This document shows positions 24,826 through 34,091 of a stretch of DNA of 38,838 nucleotides, piece by piece. A program made the position numbers and the translations under genes. The notes under the pieces are model-generated. The model did no database searches, was not told where the DNA came from, and saw only the letters and a program-made list of their open reading frames with translations. The stretch comes from a virus. Its lineage: Duplodnaviria > Heunggongvirae > Uroviricota > Caudoviricetes. Numbering within the stretch: position 1 is the stretch's first letter; every line of letters begins with the position of its first letter. Where the stretch lies: the IMG/VR virus record IMGVR_UViG_3300035670_000017, positions 128,850-167,687 of that record; one strand, written 5' to 3'.

Positions 24826-24879
24826 CCGCATCTTCGATGTGACTCAACCGGTTAGTTAAAAAGAAAGGCTACTATCGAT

Positions 24880-27021
24880 ATGTTAGAATCGCAACGTGAA
24901 CTAGGTCAACACCAAGTTAACCAGATGCGTCCTGAAGTTGTGGGTTTCCATGCATGGAATCCATTTCTGACAAACAACTCACCGTCTCGATCCACGATGA
25001 TGAGTTCGCATGCATCCCAGCACTTGGTGATCGACGGCGCGGAACTACCCTACACTCTTGCAGGGGTGGAAGTTGAGTACAGTAAGTACACTACGAGTGA
25101 ACGAGTGCCATTCGACGCCCGGGTGTTCCAAGCGATTGATCGATATCCACGGGGTGTTGGTCAAGGCAGTCTGGGATTCAATCCCGAGACTGTGGTGGTT
25201 ATTGTTGACGACGAGACTGGTCTATATGACGTGGTATGCGTCCCGTACCATAAGTCGTATCATCAGTATTTCGGCTATCGCAACAAACTGTCGGACCATC
25301 TCAAGAACATCTCACCAGGCATGAAGCTGGCCAAGGATACAGTTCTCGGGGACACACCAGCGAACATCGGTGGTTTCCACACGATGACCACCAACCTCAA
25401 CTGTATGCTGGCATCTGCTGACATCGTGGCTGAGGACGCGGTTTTGATCAATGAGGACTGTCTGCCTAAGCTGGGGTATAAAGTCTACGAACGCCGCAGC
25501 GCCAACATTGGTGTGAAGAAGTTCCCAGTCAACATCGGAACTGATGAGAACTACAAGGGCTTTTACGATATCGGCGAATACACCGAAGACGACGGAGCTT
25601 TGCTGTGGCTGCGTGAATATGCACCTGGTCTGGCTCCCGTGACGATGTCTCGCTCGGCTACCAAGCGTATCAATTATGCGTTTGATGAACCGATCTATGC
25701 TCGTCAAGGCCATCGTGGTCGAATCGTAGATATCAAGGTCATCGGTAATGCAGATACCATTTCTGCTTTGCCGCCTCAAATGACACAGCAGCTGGAGAAG
25801 TATCGCCAGGCATATATCCGTTTCAACGAAGAACTGCTGGAATGTGAGCGTCGTATTTGCCGAGAGGCTTATACGAAGTTTGGTACTAACACACCGAACT
25901 TCTCCAAGGAACTCAAAGCCATGCTTGTGCATGCTCGCGCGATCTGCGACCACAAGCGTCGCGCTCATAACGAGAAGCCCTTGCAAGGCATTATGAACAA
26001 GGAACCGCTGGACGAATACTATATCGAGTTTGTCGTTGAGTATGAGCTGCTGCCTACCTTGGGTGCCAAGCTGACTTCGTTGTCTGGTGACAAGGGCGTG
26101 ATTGCTCAGATCCTTCCTTCTTACCGGATGCCCCGAGACGCAGACGGTAATGTGGCTGACGTGGTCATGGCGCCAGATGGTACTGTGGCGCGAACCAACT
26201 TCGCTCGACTGTATCTGATGCAGTTCGGCGCTGCTGCTGTCAAGGCTGGGCGAGTTCTTCGGGAAATCACTGGTCTCAAGCCAGGATGTAGTCCGGAGGA
26301 AGTCGAGTATCTGAGTGATGAGGTGTTCAATAAGGCATGGGAGTTCTTGATGAAGACCTATGCTTGTGTGAATCCCGAACACTCTGAGCGACTGGATCGA
26401 CTGCCAGTCAAATACAAACGTCTGCATGTCTATGAATGTATCGAGGATAATCCACGTTTCATTCGGGATATCGGTTGCAAGAAGCCCGCTCCTTTGGCTG
26501 CGTGGGATATGGAACAATGGCTGCCTGTCTGCTATGGTCCCGTGACTCACCAGTTGATCGAAGACGGACACAGCGAGCCTACCAAGGATCCAATCTTGAT
26601 CGCACCATTGCCGATCATGCTCTTGGACAAGACAGCCGAAGACACTCTGACTGTCGCTACTGCCGCCCATGGTCCGTTTGGAGTATTGATCAAGCATAAC
26701 CAAGCTGATAAGTACAGCAAGCCATGGAAGGACAGCCCAGCTCGAACCATCGGTGAATCCGAGGCTCGCGCTTATGCGGCTCACACTCAAGACCCCGAGA
26801 TGATCGCAGACATGATGGACCGAGCCAGCAACCCTGTGGTACAGCTGCAGATGGCGCGAGCTTTGGTTTCCTGTGAGCATTCCGGCAATATTGACAATAT
26901 CATCGATCGGACTCAGTTCGACTATGGTGATACACGCCCTATCGGGATTGCTACGAACTTCTTGCACTGTTATGGTGTTGAGATGGTTTATGTGCCCGAG
27001 GAGGGAAAGGTTTATCCTTAA
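24880..27021 (+). CDS. rpoB: nvRNAP beta subunit, C-terminal half (phiKZ gp71-73-like, 713 aa)
   Basis: Beta motifs: NNSPSRSTMMSSHASQ (cf. DANRALMGANMQRQ), GAKLTSLSGDKGVI (cf. GDKMAGRHGNKGVI), ADVVMAPDGTVARTN (cf. DIVLNPLGVPSRMN), RTIGESE (cf. QRFGEME). Confidence 0.92.
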   Translation: MLESQRELGQHQVNQMRPEVVGFHAWNPFLTNNSPSRSTMMSSHASQHLVIDGAELPYTLAGVEVEYSKYTTSERVPFDARVFQAIDRYPRGVGQGSLGFNPETVVVIVDDETGLYDVVCVPYHKSYHQYFGYRNKLSDHLKNISPGMKLAKDTVLGDTPANIGGFHTMTTNLNCMLASADIVAEDAVLINEDCLPKLGYKVYERRSANIGVKKFPVNIGTDENYKGFYDIGEYTEDDGALLWLREYAPGLAPVTMSRSATKRINYAFDEPIYARQGHRGRIVDIKVIGNADTISALPPQMTQQLEKYRQAYIRFNEELLECERRICREAYTKFGTNTPNFSKELKAMLVHARAICDHKRRAHNEKPLQGIMNKEPLDEYYIEFVVEYELLPTLGAKLTSLSGDKGVIAQILPSYRMPRDADGNVADVVMAPDGTVARTNFARLYLMQFGAAAVKAGRVLREITGLKPGCSPEEVEYLSDEVFNKAWEFLMKTYACVNPEHSERLDRLPVKYKRLHVYECIEDNPRFIRDIGCKKPAPLAAWDMEQWLPVCYGPVTHQLIEDGHSEPTKDPILIAPLPIMLLDKTAEDTLTVATAAHGPFGVLIKHNQADKYSKPWKDSPARTIGESEARAYAAHTQDPEMIADMMDRASNPVVQLQMARALVSCEHSGNIDNIIDRTQFDYGDTRPIGIATNFLHCYGVEMVYVPEEGKVYP

Positions 27022-27096
27022 GAGGGATATATAAAATAAAGATGACCATGGTACATAGTCATGGTTGGACTGTGGTTGTCTTTATATATGGGATAA
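27012..27096. promoter_or_regulatory. Long imperfect stem-loop in the beta/beta' intergenic spacer
   Basis: 27036-27048 pairs with 27073-27085 (13 bp), with inner pairing 27056-27060/27068-27072 and outer TTATCC/GGATAA (27012-17/27091-96). Confidence 0.5.
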
Positions 27097-27144
27097 GGAA
27101 TCAGAACGACCAAATGCAATAACTCTTAGGTTCAGAAGTTGTCA

Positions 27145-29199
27145 ATGAACAAATACAAAATACGCGAGCTTATTCATAAGCGTCCAGAGGAAATACTAGA
27201 GAGGTTTGACAAGAAGTTCGAGATTGAGTTTGACGACGGGGAGGTTATCGAGGTAACTCGAAAGAGAACATTTGCCAGTTCCTTTTATTGGCGGATATTC
27301 TTGGATTTCCCAGAAGTCAAAATCACCAAGGGGTGTCACTTCACCCACGTCTTGGGATCGAAGATGCTTCAAGCTTCCAGCCATGCGAAGCTAGCATCCA
27401 ATATCTTCAAGATGATCGCGGAGCATTACGAGTTTGTGACTCCTGAGCAGCGCGAGCGTATCCAGCTCGTGATCCAGGAAGCTACGAACGAATTGTACGT
27501 TGCACTACGAAAACACTCTGGCCAGCATCTGCAGACGATCCACCTCATGGATTGTATTGACCTGATGTACCATCCCAAGATCTGGGAAGCTTCCATGACT
27601 TCACCGGCATCCCCCAAGGGTGTCGAGCATGTCTATAAGGTTATCGGGGACGTTATCAACAATGATAAAGCCTACGCTAACAATGGAATGGTCAAAGCTG
27701 TTCGCAGTGGCGCAGTTAAACTGAATCAGGTATGCCAGTCGATTGGTGTTCGTGGATTTCCTAAAGAAGTCAACGGTCGCATCTTCCGACACCTGGCTCG
27801 GTCTAACTATCTGTTTGGTATGAACAACCTGTATGAGTTCGCAGGGGACTCCCGGGGTTCTGCTGAGCACTTGTCCGCGACTGAATCTCCATTGCAGGAC
27901 TCTGAGTATTTCTCTCGACGCCTGCAACTACAGACGTGTGTCCTGGAACGTATCCACTATGAGGATTGTGGAACACATAAGACCATCCCATTCTTCGTGC
28001 GTCCTGCAGGGATTATCGAATCGACTGGTGAATGGCGTAACTCCGACCTAAAGTACTTGGTCGGTAAGTACTATGTGGAAGCAGGCACTGGAAAGCTGAA
28101 GTATGTCAAGGAGTCTGACAAGCATCTGGAAGGGACAACGATCCAGATGCGCTCTGTTCTGACGTGTGAACATCCAGACGCACACGGTGTGTGTCAGGTG
28201 TGTTTCGGTCAATTGAGCAACAATCACTCGCGTTGGGCTAACTTGGGTGTGGTGTCAGCTACGACTGTGGTCTCCAAGATCTCACAGAAGACGCTGTCTA
28301 CCAAGCACCATATCTCTTCGGGTCAAGGCTCCGGTATCGTCTTCACGGATGATCTGCGACTGTATTTCCGTCGAGGTGTCAAGAACACTGACTATGTCCT
28401 TCAACCGGACGTATTGAAGTGGAGTCCAAGGCTGATTGTGGCGCGTGATGATGCATTGGGTTTGGTTGATGTGGTCAATAGTGAAGACATCACCATGTTC
28501 AATCCCGAGCGTATCACAAGCTTCGAGAAGATTCGAATCGTGTACAACTCGCCGCGTGATGGTTCCCAGGGCTCCGATACCCTGAAACTGGAACAAGGCA
28601 AACGACAAGCTTCGATGTCCTATCAGCTGCTCAAATATATTCATGAACATGGATATAAGACTGACGAGCGTAACAACTTCGTGATCCATTTGGATAAATG
28701 GAACCCGGACGACGTGATCTTCACGTTGCCTGATATCCAGGTATCGTTCTCTGCTCACGGTAACGCAATCGCGGAACTGATTGAGTCCAAGTTCGAAAAC
28801 CTGGCCGAACGTAGTACAGAAGACGCACCAGTGCGTGTGCTGGGTCAAGTCTATGACTTGGTCACGCCTAAGCTGGACGTTAATATCGCACCTATGGAGG
28901 CGATCATGTACGCGTTGCTACAAGCTGGTGTCAATAACTATGCGATGGGTCGAGGCAGTGAAACTGCATGCCTTGGTATTGGTAAGGCGTTGATCTGGAA
29001 CCGTTCGATGGGTACTGCTGTCAGTTTCCAAGAATGGGCTCCGTTGCTGATCAATCCCGATTCCTATCGTCGCAAGGGTGTGGATACCATGATGGATGTA
29101 TTCATCCGTCCTAAGGAGTATCTGACGTACAATAGCCGTACGTATGTGAACTCCAACTACCAGCGCCGACTCAGAGGCGAATCTGAGATCGTGTACTAA
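27145..29199 (+). CDS. rpoC: nvRNAP beta' subunit, C-terminal part (phiKZ gp74-like, ~684 aa)
   Basis: Bridge helix SRGSAEHLSATESPLQDSEYFSRRLQ (cf. [22 protein letters not shown]), Zn site RSVLTC...VCQVCFG, trigger-loop-like SQKTLSTKH. ATG 27145 preferred over TTG 27139. Confidence 0.92.
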   Translation: MNKYKIRELIHKRPEEILERFDKKFEIEFDDGEVIEVTRKRTFASSFYWRIFLDFPEVKITKGCHFTHVLGSKMLQASSHAKLASNIFKMIAEHYEFVTPEQRERIQLVIQEATNELYVALRKHSGQHLQTIHLMDCIDLMYHPKIWEASMTSPASPKGVEHVYKVIGDVINNDKAYANNGMVKAVRSGAVKLNQVCQSIGVRGFPKEVNGRIFRHLARSNYLFGMNNLYEFAGDSRGSAEHLSATESPLQDSEYFSRRLQLQTCVLERIHYEDCGTHKTIPFFVRPAGIIESTGEWRNSDLKYLVGKYYVEAGTGKLKYVKESDKHLEGTTIQMRSVLTCEHPDAHGVCQVCFGQLSNNHSRWANLGVVSATTVVSKISQKTLSTKHHISSGQGSGIVFTDDLRLYFRRGVKNTDYVLQPDVLKWSPRLIVARDDALGLVDVVNSEDITMFNPERITSFEKIRIVYNSPRDGSQGSDTLKLEQGKRQASMSYQLLKYIHEHGYKTDERNNFVIHLDKWNPDDVIFTLPDIQVSFSAHGNAIAELIESKFENLAERSTEDAPVRVLGQVYDLVTPKLDVNIAPMEAIMYALLQAGVNNYAMGRGSETACLGIGKALIWNRSMGTAVSFQEWAPLLINPDSYRRKGVDTMMDVFIRPKEYLTYNSRTYVNSNYQRRLRGESEIVY

Positions 29200-29205
29200 A
29201 GCCAG

Positions 29206-29235
29206 TCACTCTGTGGTCGAAAGACCACAGAGTGA
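29206..29235 (+). terminator. Hairpin with GAAA loop
   Basis: TCACTCTGTGGTC-GAAA-GACCACAGAGTGA, 13-bp perfect stem, then TAGTTTATTATTTT. Confidence 0.75.
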
Positions 29236-29258
29236 TAGTTTATTATTTTAAGAAAATC

Positions 29259-29825
29259 ATGCAAGAAAAGACTGAACAAATACGTTTCAAAGTGATTATC
29301 GACGCGTCTCGTGCTGAAGTAAACACACACGCTATTAAAGTAGCACGAACTAGATTTTTGGGTAATATCAACGTAGAAGTACCGGAACCGACTGATCCGG
29401 AGATCAAAGACATGAAAATCAATGAAGGCCAAACAATCGCCATCTTTGATTTTAGTAATTACCCATCCGACGTGACGGGAAAGCTTTTGTATTATGTCTT
29501 CTTATTCTGTAAACTGGGGAACTTTCCGTTACCGACAAAAGCTCAGAGTCCTCAACCTACTGAGTTTGACAGCGGAGAGGTCTGTATTATCAGTAACCCA
29601 GCAGAAGAGCTTCTTTTTATGTTCCAATATAATAAAGGAACTCTGGGTAACACAAATGGATATCCTTATGTCTTATATTCGAAATATGACTTCGTCAGTA
29701 CTAAGTTTTTACGTTTTACCCCTAAGTGTTACACTGTCGCACAGTGGCAAGAATATTTGGAAAACCGAATAAGTATCACGGCTGCTGCACTTCAAACTTT
29801 TAAAGACAAACTGAATATTAAGTAA
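29259..29825 (+). CDS. Hypothetical protein (188 aa)
   Basis: ATG 29259 (the track start lies in the hairpin). No motif recognised. Confidence 0.7.
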   Translation: MQEKTEQIRFKVIIDASRAEVNTHAIKVARTRFLGNINVEVPEPTDPEIKDMKINEGQTIAIFDFSNYPSDVTGKLLYYVFLFCKLGNFPLPTKAQSPQPTEFDSGEVCIISNPAEELLFMFQYNKGTLGNTNGYPYVLYSKYDFVSTKFLRFTPKCYTVAQWQEYLENRISITAAALQTFKDKLNIK

Positions 29826-29838
29826 TCGAAAGACAATC

Positions 29839-30861
29839 ATGATCGAATTTGAAACAATTGACGGCTACACCATTTATAAGTGCATTATTAAAACCGCTGT
29901 TGCTCATACAGAGCGCCTTCGTCTATCCAGCAGCTGGTGCAACTGGGACGCTAAATTAATCGGAGATAACCCATCTCTCGTGCTATTAACACTGAAGATC
30001 AAGGGAGAAGCTCTCACTATTACACCGCTACTGAAGATTCTGGAAGAAGCGAAACTTCCTTTGCCTGAAGGTCTTCGAAAACCAGAGCGGAAAAGCATCT
30101 GTGATCTGATCCATTACTACACCGTCAAGTCTATGCATGAGCTGGAGTGCGTGTTGCACGCCACCAATGGCTCACTGTTGACAGGAGAGCACTGGGAGCA
30201 ACGAATCACTGATATCATTGCTCGCGGTGAGATCGCTTTCTTGATTGAAAAGAAAGCCGACAGTGTGATGTTCTTTGAAACCTATTCTGTAGGTACTTTC
30301 AACAGACTGTTGAATGATATCAAGGATGAGGTTGGGGAATTGATCGCTTCTACCAACAACGTAGTTTTCTATGAGATGTTCGTCCAGAATGAACAAGAAT
30401 TGAAAATCTACACAGACGCATTGGTTGACTCTAATGACAAAGCGGCGCTCGGAGATGTATTTATTGAATCCATTCAAGAAAAAGATGATGGATTTATGGT
30501 TAAATTCGGGCGAGTGGTTCGGGCGATCACCAGAGATCCAGCCACAGCTATTCTGAATGGTCTTTTGACTTCGAACCTACCTATCCCAGGTAACAGGAAA
30601 TGTCCCGAGGTGTTCGAAGGACTGGCGTATCTGACGGATGCTACTGATTACCGATTGCTCTACATTGCACTCAAGAAGACGGTACAAGAGAACCCGGATA
30701 ATCTGAAGTACCCGCTTTACGCCCGACTAGGCGATGGGGAAGTCGGTAACCTTTACACGCCTTTTGAAATCCTCACTAGGACACAAATCGAATTAGAAAC
30801 GCGTAACCAGGGACTTCAAAAAGTTCAGAACCGCCTCAAATATCTTCAACAAAAGGGTTAA
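29839..30861 (+). CDS. Hypothetical protein (340 aa)
   Basis: Long ORF ending at a hairpin. No motif recognised. Confidence 0.75.
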   Translation: MIEFETIDGYTIYKCIIKTAVAHTERLRLSSSWCNWDAKLIGDNPSLVLLTLKIKGEALTITPLLKILEEAKLPLPEGLRKPERKSICDLIHYYTVKSMHELECVLHATNGSLLTGEHWEQRITDIIARGEIAFLIEKKADSVMFFETYSVGTFNRLLNDIKDEVGELIASTNNVVFYEMFVQNEQELKIYTDALVDSNDKAALGDVFIESIQEKDDGFMVKFGRVVRAITRDPATAILNGLLTSNLPIPGNRKCPEVFEGLAYLTDATDYRLLYIALKKTVQENPDNLKYPLYARLGDGEVGNLYTPFEILTRTQIELETRNQGLQKVQNRLKYLQQKG

Positions 30862-30866
30862 GTAAT

Positions 30867-30895
30867 CTCCTGTACTCCACCTAGGAGTACAGGAG
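30867..30895. terminator. Hairpin
   Basis: CTCCTGTACTCC / GGAGTACAGGAG, 12-bp perfect stem. Confidence 0.7.
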
Positions 30896-30984
30896 TTACC
30901 TTTCATATATTCACAAAATACACAGATACAATAGGATCAAATATGGCAACTTAGATTAGAAACAGGATAGAAGGATGTAGATAG

Positions 30985-32595
30985 ATGCTGCATAGTAAGA
31001 AAGATGTCGGGACTATTCAGGTCTTTACGCATGGATTTAAAGTCATTGCAAATGACCCTCGTATCAAGGTGGCTTGTAGACGGGTACTCAATGACTGGGT
31101 AGTCAGAACTGATAAGAAGGTTGAGAACTCCAGAGGAGAGATGGTCACTGTTAGTGTACCTACTCAAATCTACGGAGCTGAGCTAAATGACGGGGAGGCG
31201 TTTTGGTTTCATAAAGGACAATTCCCTGGTCTACAGACTGAACTGCGTGCTGTTCAGTTATTAGCTGAAGACTTGACCATCGAATACATCAAGACACACA
31301 AACCAGATAAGATCGACTTTCGTCTGCAACAAGGGCGTGTTCTTCGAGACTATCAGGAAGATGCTCGAAGGTTTGCTTTGGATGAAGTCGACATCGGAGA
31401 TCACTTCTCTAAGCTGATTGCCATCCCTACTGGAGGTGGTAAAACCGTTACCTTCTGTGGGATCATGGAAAAGCTTAGTGAACGGGTGATTATATCTGTT
31501 TTACCCAAGTACCATGTGAAATGGGTGGGTGATAAAGATGTCACCGGTGATTTGGAATCTAATCTTCAGATCAAGAAGTCTGAGATCATGCCAGTAGACT
31601 CCAAGGCGCAGTTACGTGGTCTGATTCATATTTGCAAGGAGCAAGGCTCCAGGAAGCTACCCAAGGTCATCGCTATTACGCTGACGACCATGGATGCTTT
31701 TATCAGTGATTATGAGGATGACCCTGAGGGTTGTTTACAGGACTACGGTGCAGTGCCATGGCAGCTACCAGCATTGACTGGTGTGGGTCTAGTAGGTGTA
31801 GACGAAGCTCACGAACACATCTATAAAGTCTTTAAACTGGCAGCACATCTACACGGCGTTAAGTTCATTGCTCTATCCGGCACTATGCGTGCTGAGGATG
31901 CTTTTGTTGAGCGTGTGCAAAACGTGATCTTTCCGAAGATCAAACGCTATGAAGAAGTGAAAATGGAGAAGTACATCGATGTGGAATTCATCGGGTACCA
32001 TTTCGCTAGAGATCTTCTACACAAAATACGGTACCAGGCATTTGGACGCAATGATTACTCTCATGCAGTCTTGGAGAAAAGCATTCTTCGCTATCCAAGA
32101 CTTCTTAAGGGTTACATCCAGATCGTCACAGGTATCCTAGACTGGGACTTCATGAAAGTCCGACAAGAGGGAGAGAAAGCTATTGTCTATGTTGCTACGG
32201 TGGACATGGCCGATAAATTCATCCTGGCTTTGACGCTCAGATATCCGCAATTGAAGATTGCTCGATACTGCGCTGCACAAGGCGACAAGTATGCTGATCT
32301 GATGTCTTCTGATATCACTGTCAGTACGATTCAATCCAGTGGCACTGCTGTGGATATTCCAAACTTGATTTGCAACATCTGCACAACCATGGTCAATAGT
32401 AGTAAATCAAATCTCCAAGTGCTTGGTCGCTTGAGAAAGCTACCGGGTGGACGAAAGGTGACTTTGTATATGCCGTTTTGTCGGGATATCAAAAAGCACT
32501 TCCAGTACACTCAGTTCAGATTTGAGTTATTCAAAGACATCACTAAGTCTATCAAGACTTTCAACTACGGTGCTCGTATTGGCGAGGACCACTAA
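30985..32595 (+). CDS. SF2 (DEAH-box) helicase, phiKZ gp75-like (536 aa)
   Basis: Walker A IPTGGGKT, DEAH, motif III ALSGT, motif V STIQSSGTAVDIPNL, motif VI QVLGRLR. LRDYQ Q-motif upstream. Confidence 0.92.
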   Translation: MLHSKKDVGTIQVFTHGFKVIANDPRIKVACRRVLNDWVVRTDKKVENSRGEMVTVSVPTQIYGAELNDGEAFWFHKGQFPGLQTELRAVQLLAEDLTIEYIKTHKPDKIDFRLQQGRVLRDYQEDARRFALDEVDIGDHFSKLIAIPTGGGKTVTFCGIMEKLSERVIISVLPKYHVKWVGDKDVTGDLESNLQIKKSEIMPVDSKAQLRGLIHICKEQGSRKLPKVIAITLTTMDAFISDYEDDPEGCLQDYGAVPWQLPALTGVGLVGVDEAHEHIYKVFKLAAHLHGVKFIALSGTMRAEDAFVERVQNVIFPKIKRYEEVKMEKYIDVEFIGYHFARDLLHKIRYQAFGRNDYSHAVLEKSILRYPRLLKGYIQIVTGILDWDFMKVRQEGEKAIVYVATVDMADKFILALTLRYPQLKIARYCAAQGDKYADLMSSDITVSTIQSSGTAVDIPNLICNICTTMVNSSKSNLQVLGRLRKLPGGRKVTLYMPFCRDIKKHFQYTQFRFELFKDITKSIKTFNYGARIGEDH

Positions 32596-32596
32596 T

Positions 32597-32628
32597 ACTA
32601 CACAGGAGGCCGTAGCCTCCTGTGTAGT
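32597..32628. terminator. Hairpin
   Basis: ACTACACAGGAGGC-CGTA-GCCTCCTGTGTAGT, 14-bp perfect stem. Confidence 0.7.
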
Positions 32629-32651
32629 CATCTTTATACACAAGGAAAAAC

Positions 32652-33095
32652 ATGAACTTCAAAACTCTGGAAAACTACAAGTACGCTCGTTCTGCACTGA
32701 GCATGTTGGTGAAGATCAATCCTGGATTCATTATGAATATGCAGCTGGATCCGCGCATGATCAGTTCTCTGTATAGCCTATTGGCGAATTGCCCGCGGAT
32801 TGATTTGGAAGATCCACTTCGCACAGAACACGCACTCCTTGATCGTTTCCAGCACGTAGGAGGAACCTTCCAACTGCTAGTGAAATTCATCTCTGCTTTC
32901 ATGAGTCTGGATAACAAGCTGACTGTTGATCGTAACAAGGATGAAGCCATCAATCACACAGCGATGTATCTCCAAGCCACAATTGCCGAAGCTCAAGGTA
33001 CACGCAAGAATGGGAAGATCACTCTGCATCCAAGCTTCAAGGATTTGATCTTTGAAGAGATTGACGAATTCGTCTACCAAATCGAGCAAGCATAA
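32652..33095 (+). CDS. Hypothetical protein (147 aa)
   Basis: SD AAGGAAA. Helical, no motif recognised. Confidence 0.75.
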   Translation: MNFKTLENYKYARSALSMLVKINPGFIMNMQLDPRMISSLYSLLANCPRIDLEDPLRTEHALLDRFQHVGGTFQLLVKFISAFMSLDNKLTVDRNKDEAINHTAMYLQATIAEAQGTRKNGKITLHPSFKDLIFEEIDEFVYQIEQA

Positions 33096-33100
33096 ACACT

Positions 33101-33150
33101 TACCACTCCCTCTGCTTTCGCAGAGGGAGTGGTAGTGGTTTGTTTTTTAT
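33101..33150. terminator. Bidirectional terminator between convergent blocks
   Basis: TACCACTCCCTCTGC-TTTC-GCAGAGGGAGTGGTA, 15-bp stem, T-rich on the + side. Confidence 0.8.
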
Positions 33151-34088
33151 TTCAGATAGAAAGCGATCACACGACCGCGGCCTTCTTCACTGAACTTCTC
33201 ACCGACGATCGCATTGACGTTCACCACTTGGTTCACGCTCTTGGGATCGAGGGCAGTTGCTTCCAGCAGGTTAGTCAGAGACGTCAGAATCTGATACTGC
33301 TTGGGATCGCGTTTCCATTCCTTGGCACCACGGCTGTAGTACACAGGGCTGAAACACGCAGAGCGATACTCACCGAAGTAAGCGATAGCCAGACGCCACA
33401 GACGTGGGAACTCATGGCTGGGCGAGCGCTCAATAATAGACACCAGCTTGTCGTACAGACCTTCTTGCCACTTCAGGATGTCAGCAGGCGAAGTGATGCG
33501 ACGAGGAGCCATGACTTCAACGTAACGCTCGAAGAACGAGATCACATCGACAGCCCAGGTAGAACCCTTGACCTTCTCAGCTGCGATCATCGCTGCGAAC
33601 TCATTGGAGGTCACGACTTTCGCCGCGTTACCCGTACTTTGAGGGGAAGCTTGGCGAGGAGCGGCGCCATCGGGTCGTTTGACGATCTTGGGATCGACGG
33701 CCTTGGGCTTAGCCTGGATGGTGGGTTGTTCACTTGGTTGCTTCGCTTGGGTGGTGTCTGTGACATCAGAAGTAACTTTCACGGCTTGAGGTGCTGGATC
33801 CTTGACATCCTTGGCTTCAGAGACCAGGGCGCCCAGATCCACCACTGCTGGGGTGGACGATTCGGTTTTGCCAGCATCAGCAGGCGCTTCGGTACCAGGC
33901 ACAGATGCCTCAGTCACAGGGACAGGTGCCTCACTCGCAGATTCTGTATCAGCAGGCTTTTGTGCTTCGCTGGAACCTTGTGCTTCCTTGGCAGCAGCTT
34001 CAGCCAGGGCCTTGGCGTGTGCCTCTGCAACTGGATCAGTTTGCGGGGCTTGAGTGGACTTGTTGAATACGTTGTTTTGCTTCGACAT
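33147..34088 (-). CDS. Hypothetical protein with an A/P/E/T/Q/K-rich disordered N-terminal half and a helical C-domain (313 aa)
   Basis: About 150 aa of low complexity followed by a folded-looking domain. Strong codon bias on this strand. Confidence 0.8.
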   Translation of the reverse strand: MSKQNNVFNKSTQAPQTDPVAEAHAKALAEAAAKEAQGSSEAQKPADTESASEAPVPVTEASVPGTEAPADAGKTESSTPAVVDLGALVSEAKDVKDPAPQAVKVTSDVTDTTQAKQPSEQPTIQAKPKAVDPKIVKRPDGAAPRQASPQSTGNAAKVVTSNEFAAMIAAEKVKGSTWAVDVISFFERYVEVMAPRRITSPADILKWQEGLYDKLVSIIERSPSHEFPRLWRLAIAYFGEYRSACFSPVYYSRGAKEWKRDPKQYQILTSLTNLLEATALDPKSVNQVVNVNAIVGEKFSEEGRGRVIAFYLK

Positions 34089-34091
34089 TGT

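Noticed and set aside
30943-30954. SD-preceded minigene ATG GCA ACT TAG, in frame upstream of the helicase (similar ATG CTG TCT TAA at 2604-2615)
   Set aside because: There are two in-frame stops before 30985, and the helicase N-terminus looks complete from 30985. Three-codon ORFs are expected by chance in AT-rich spacers.
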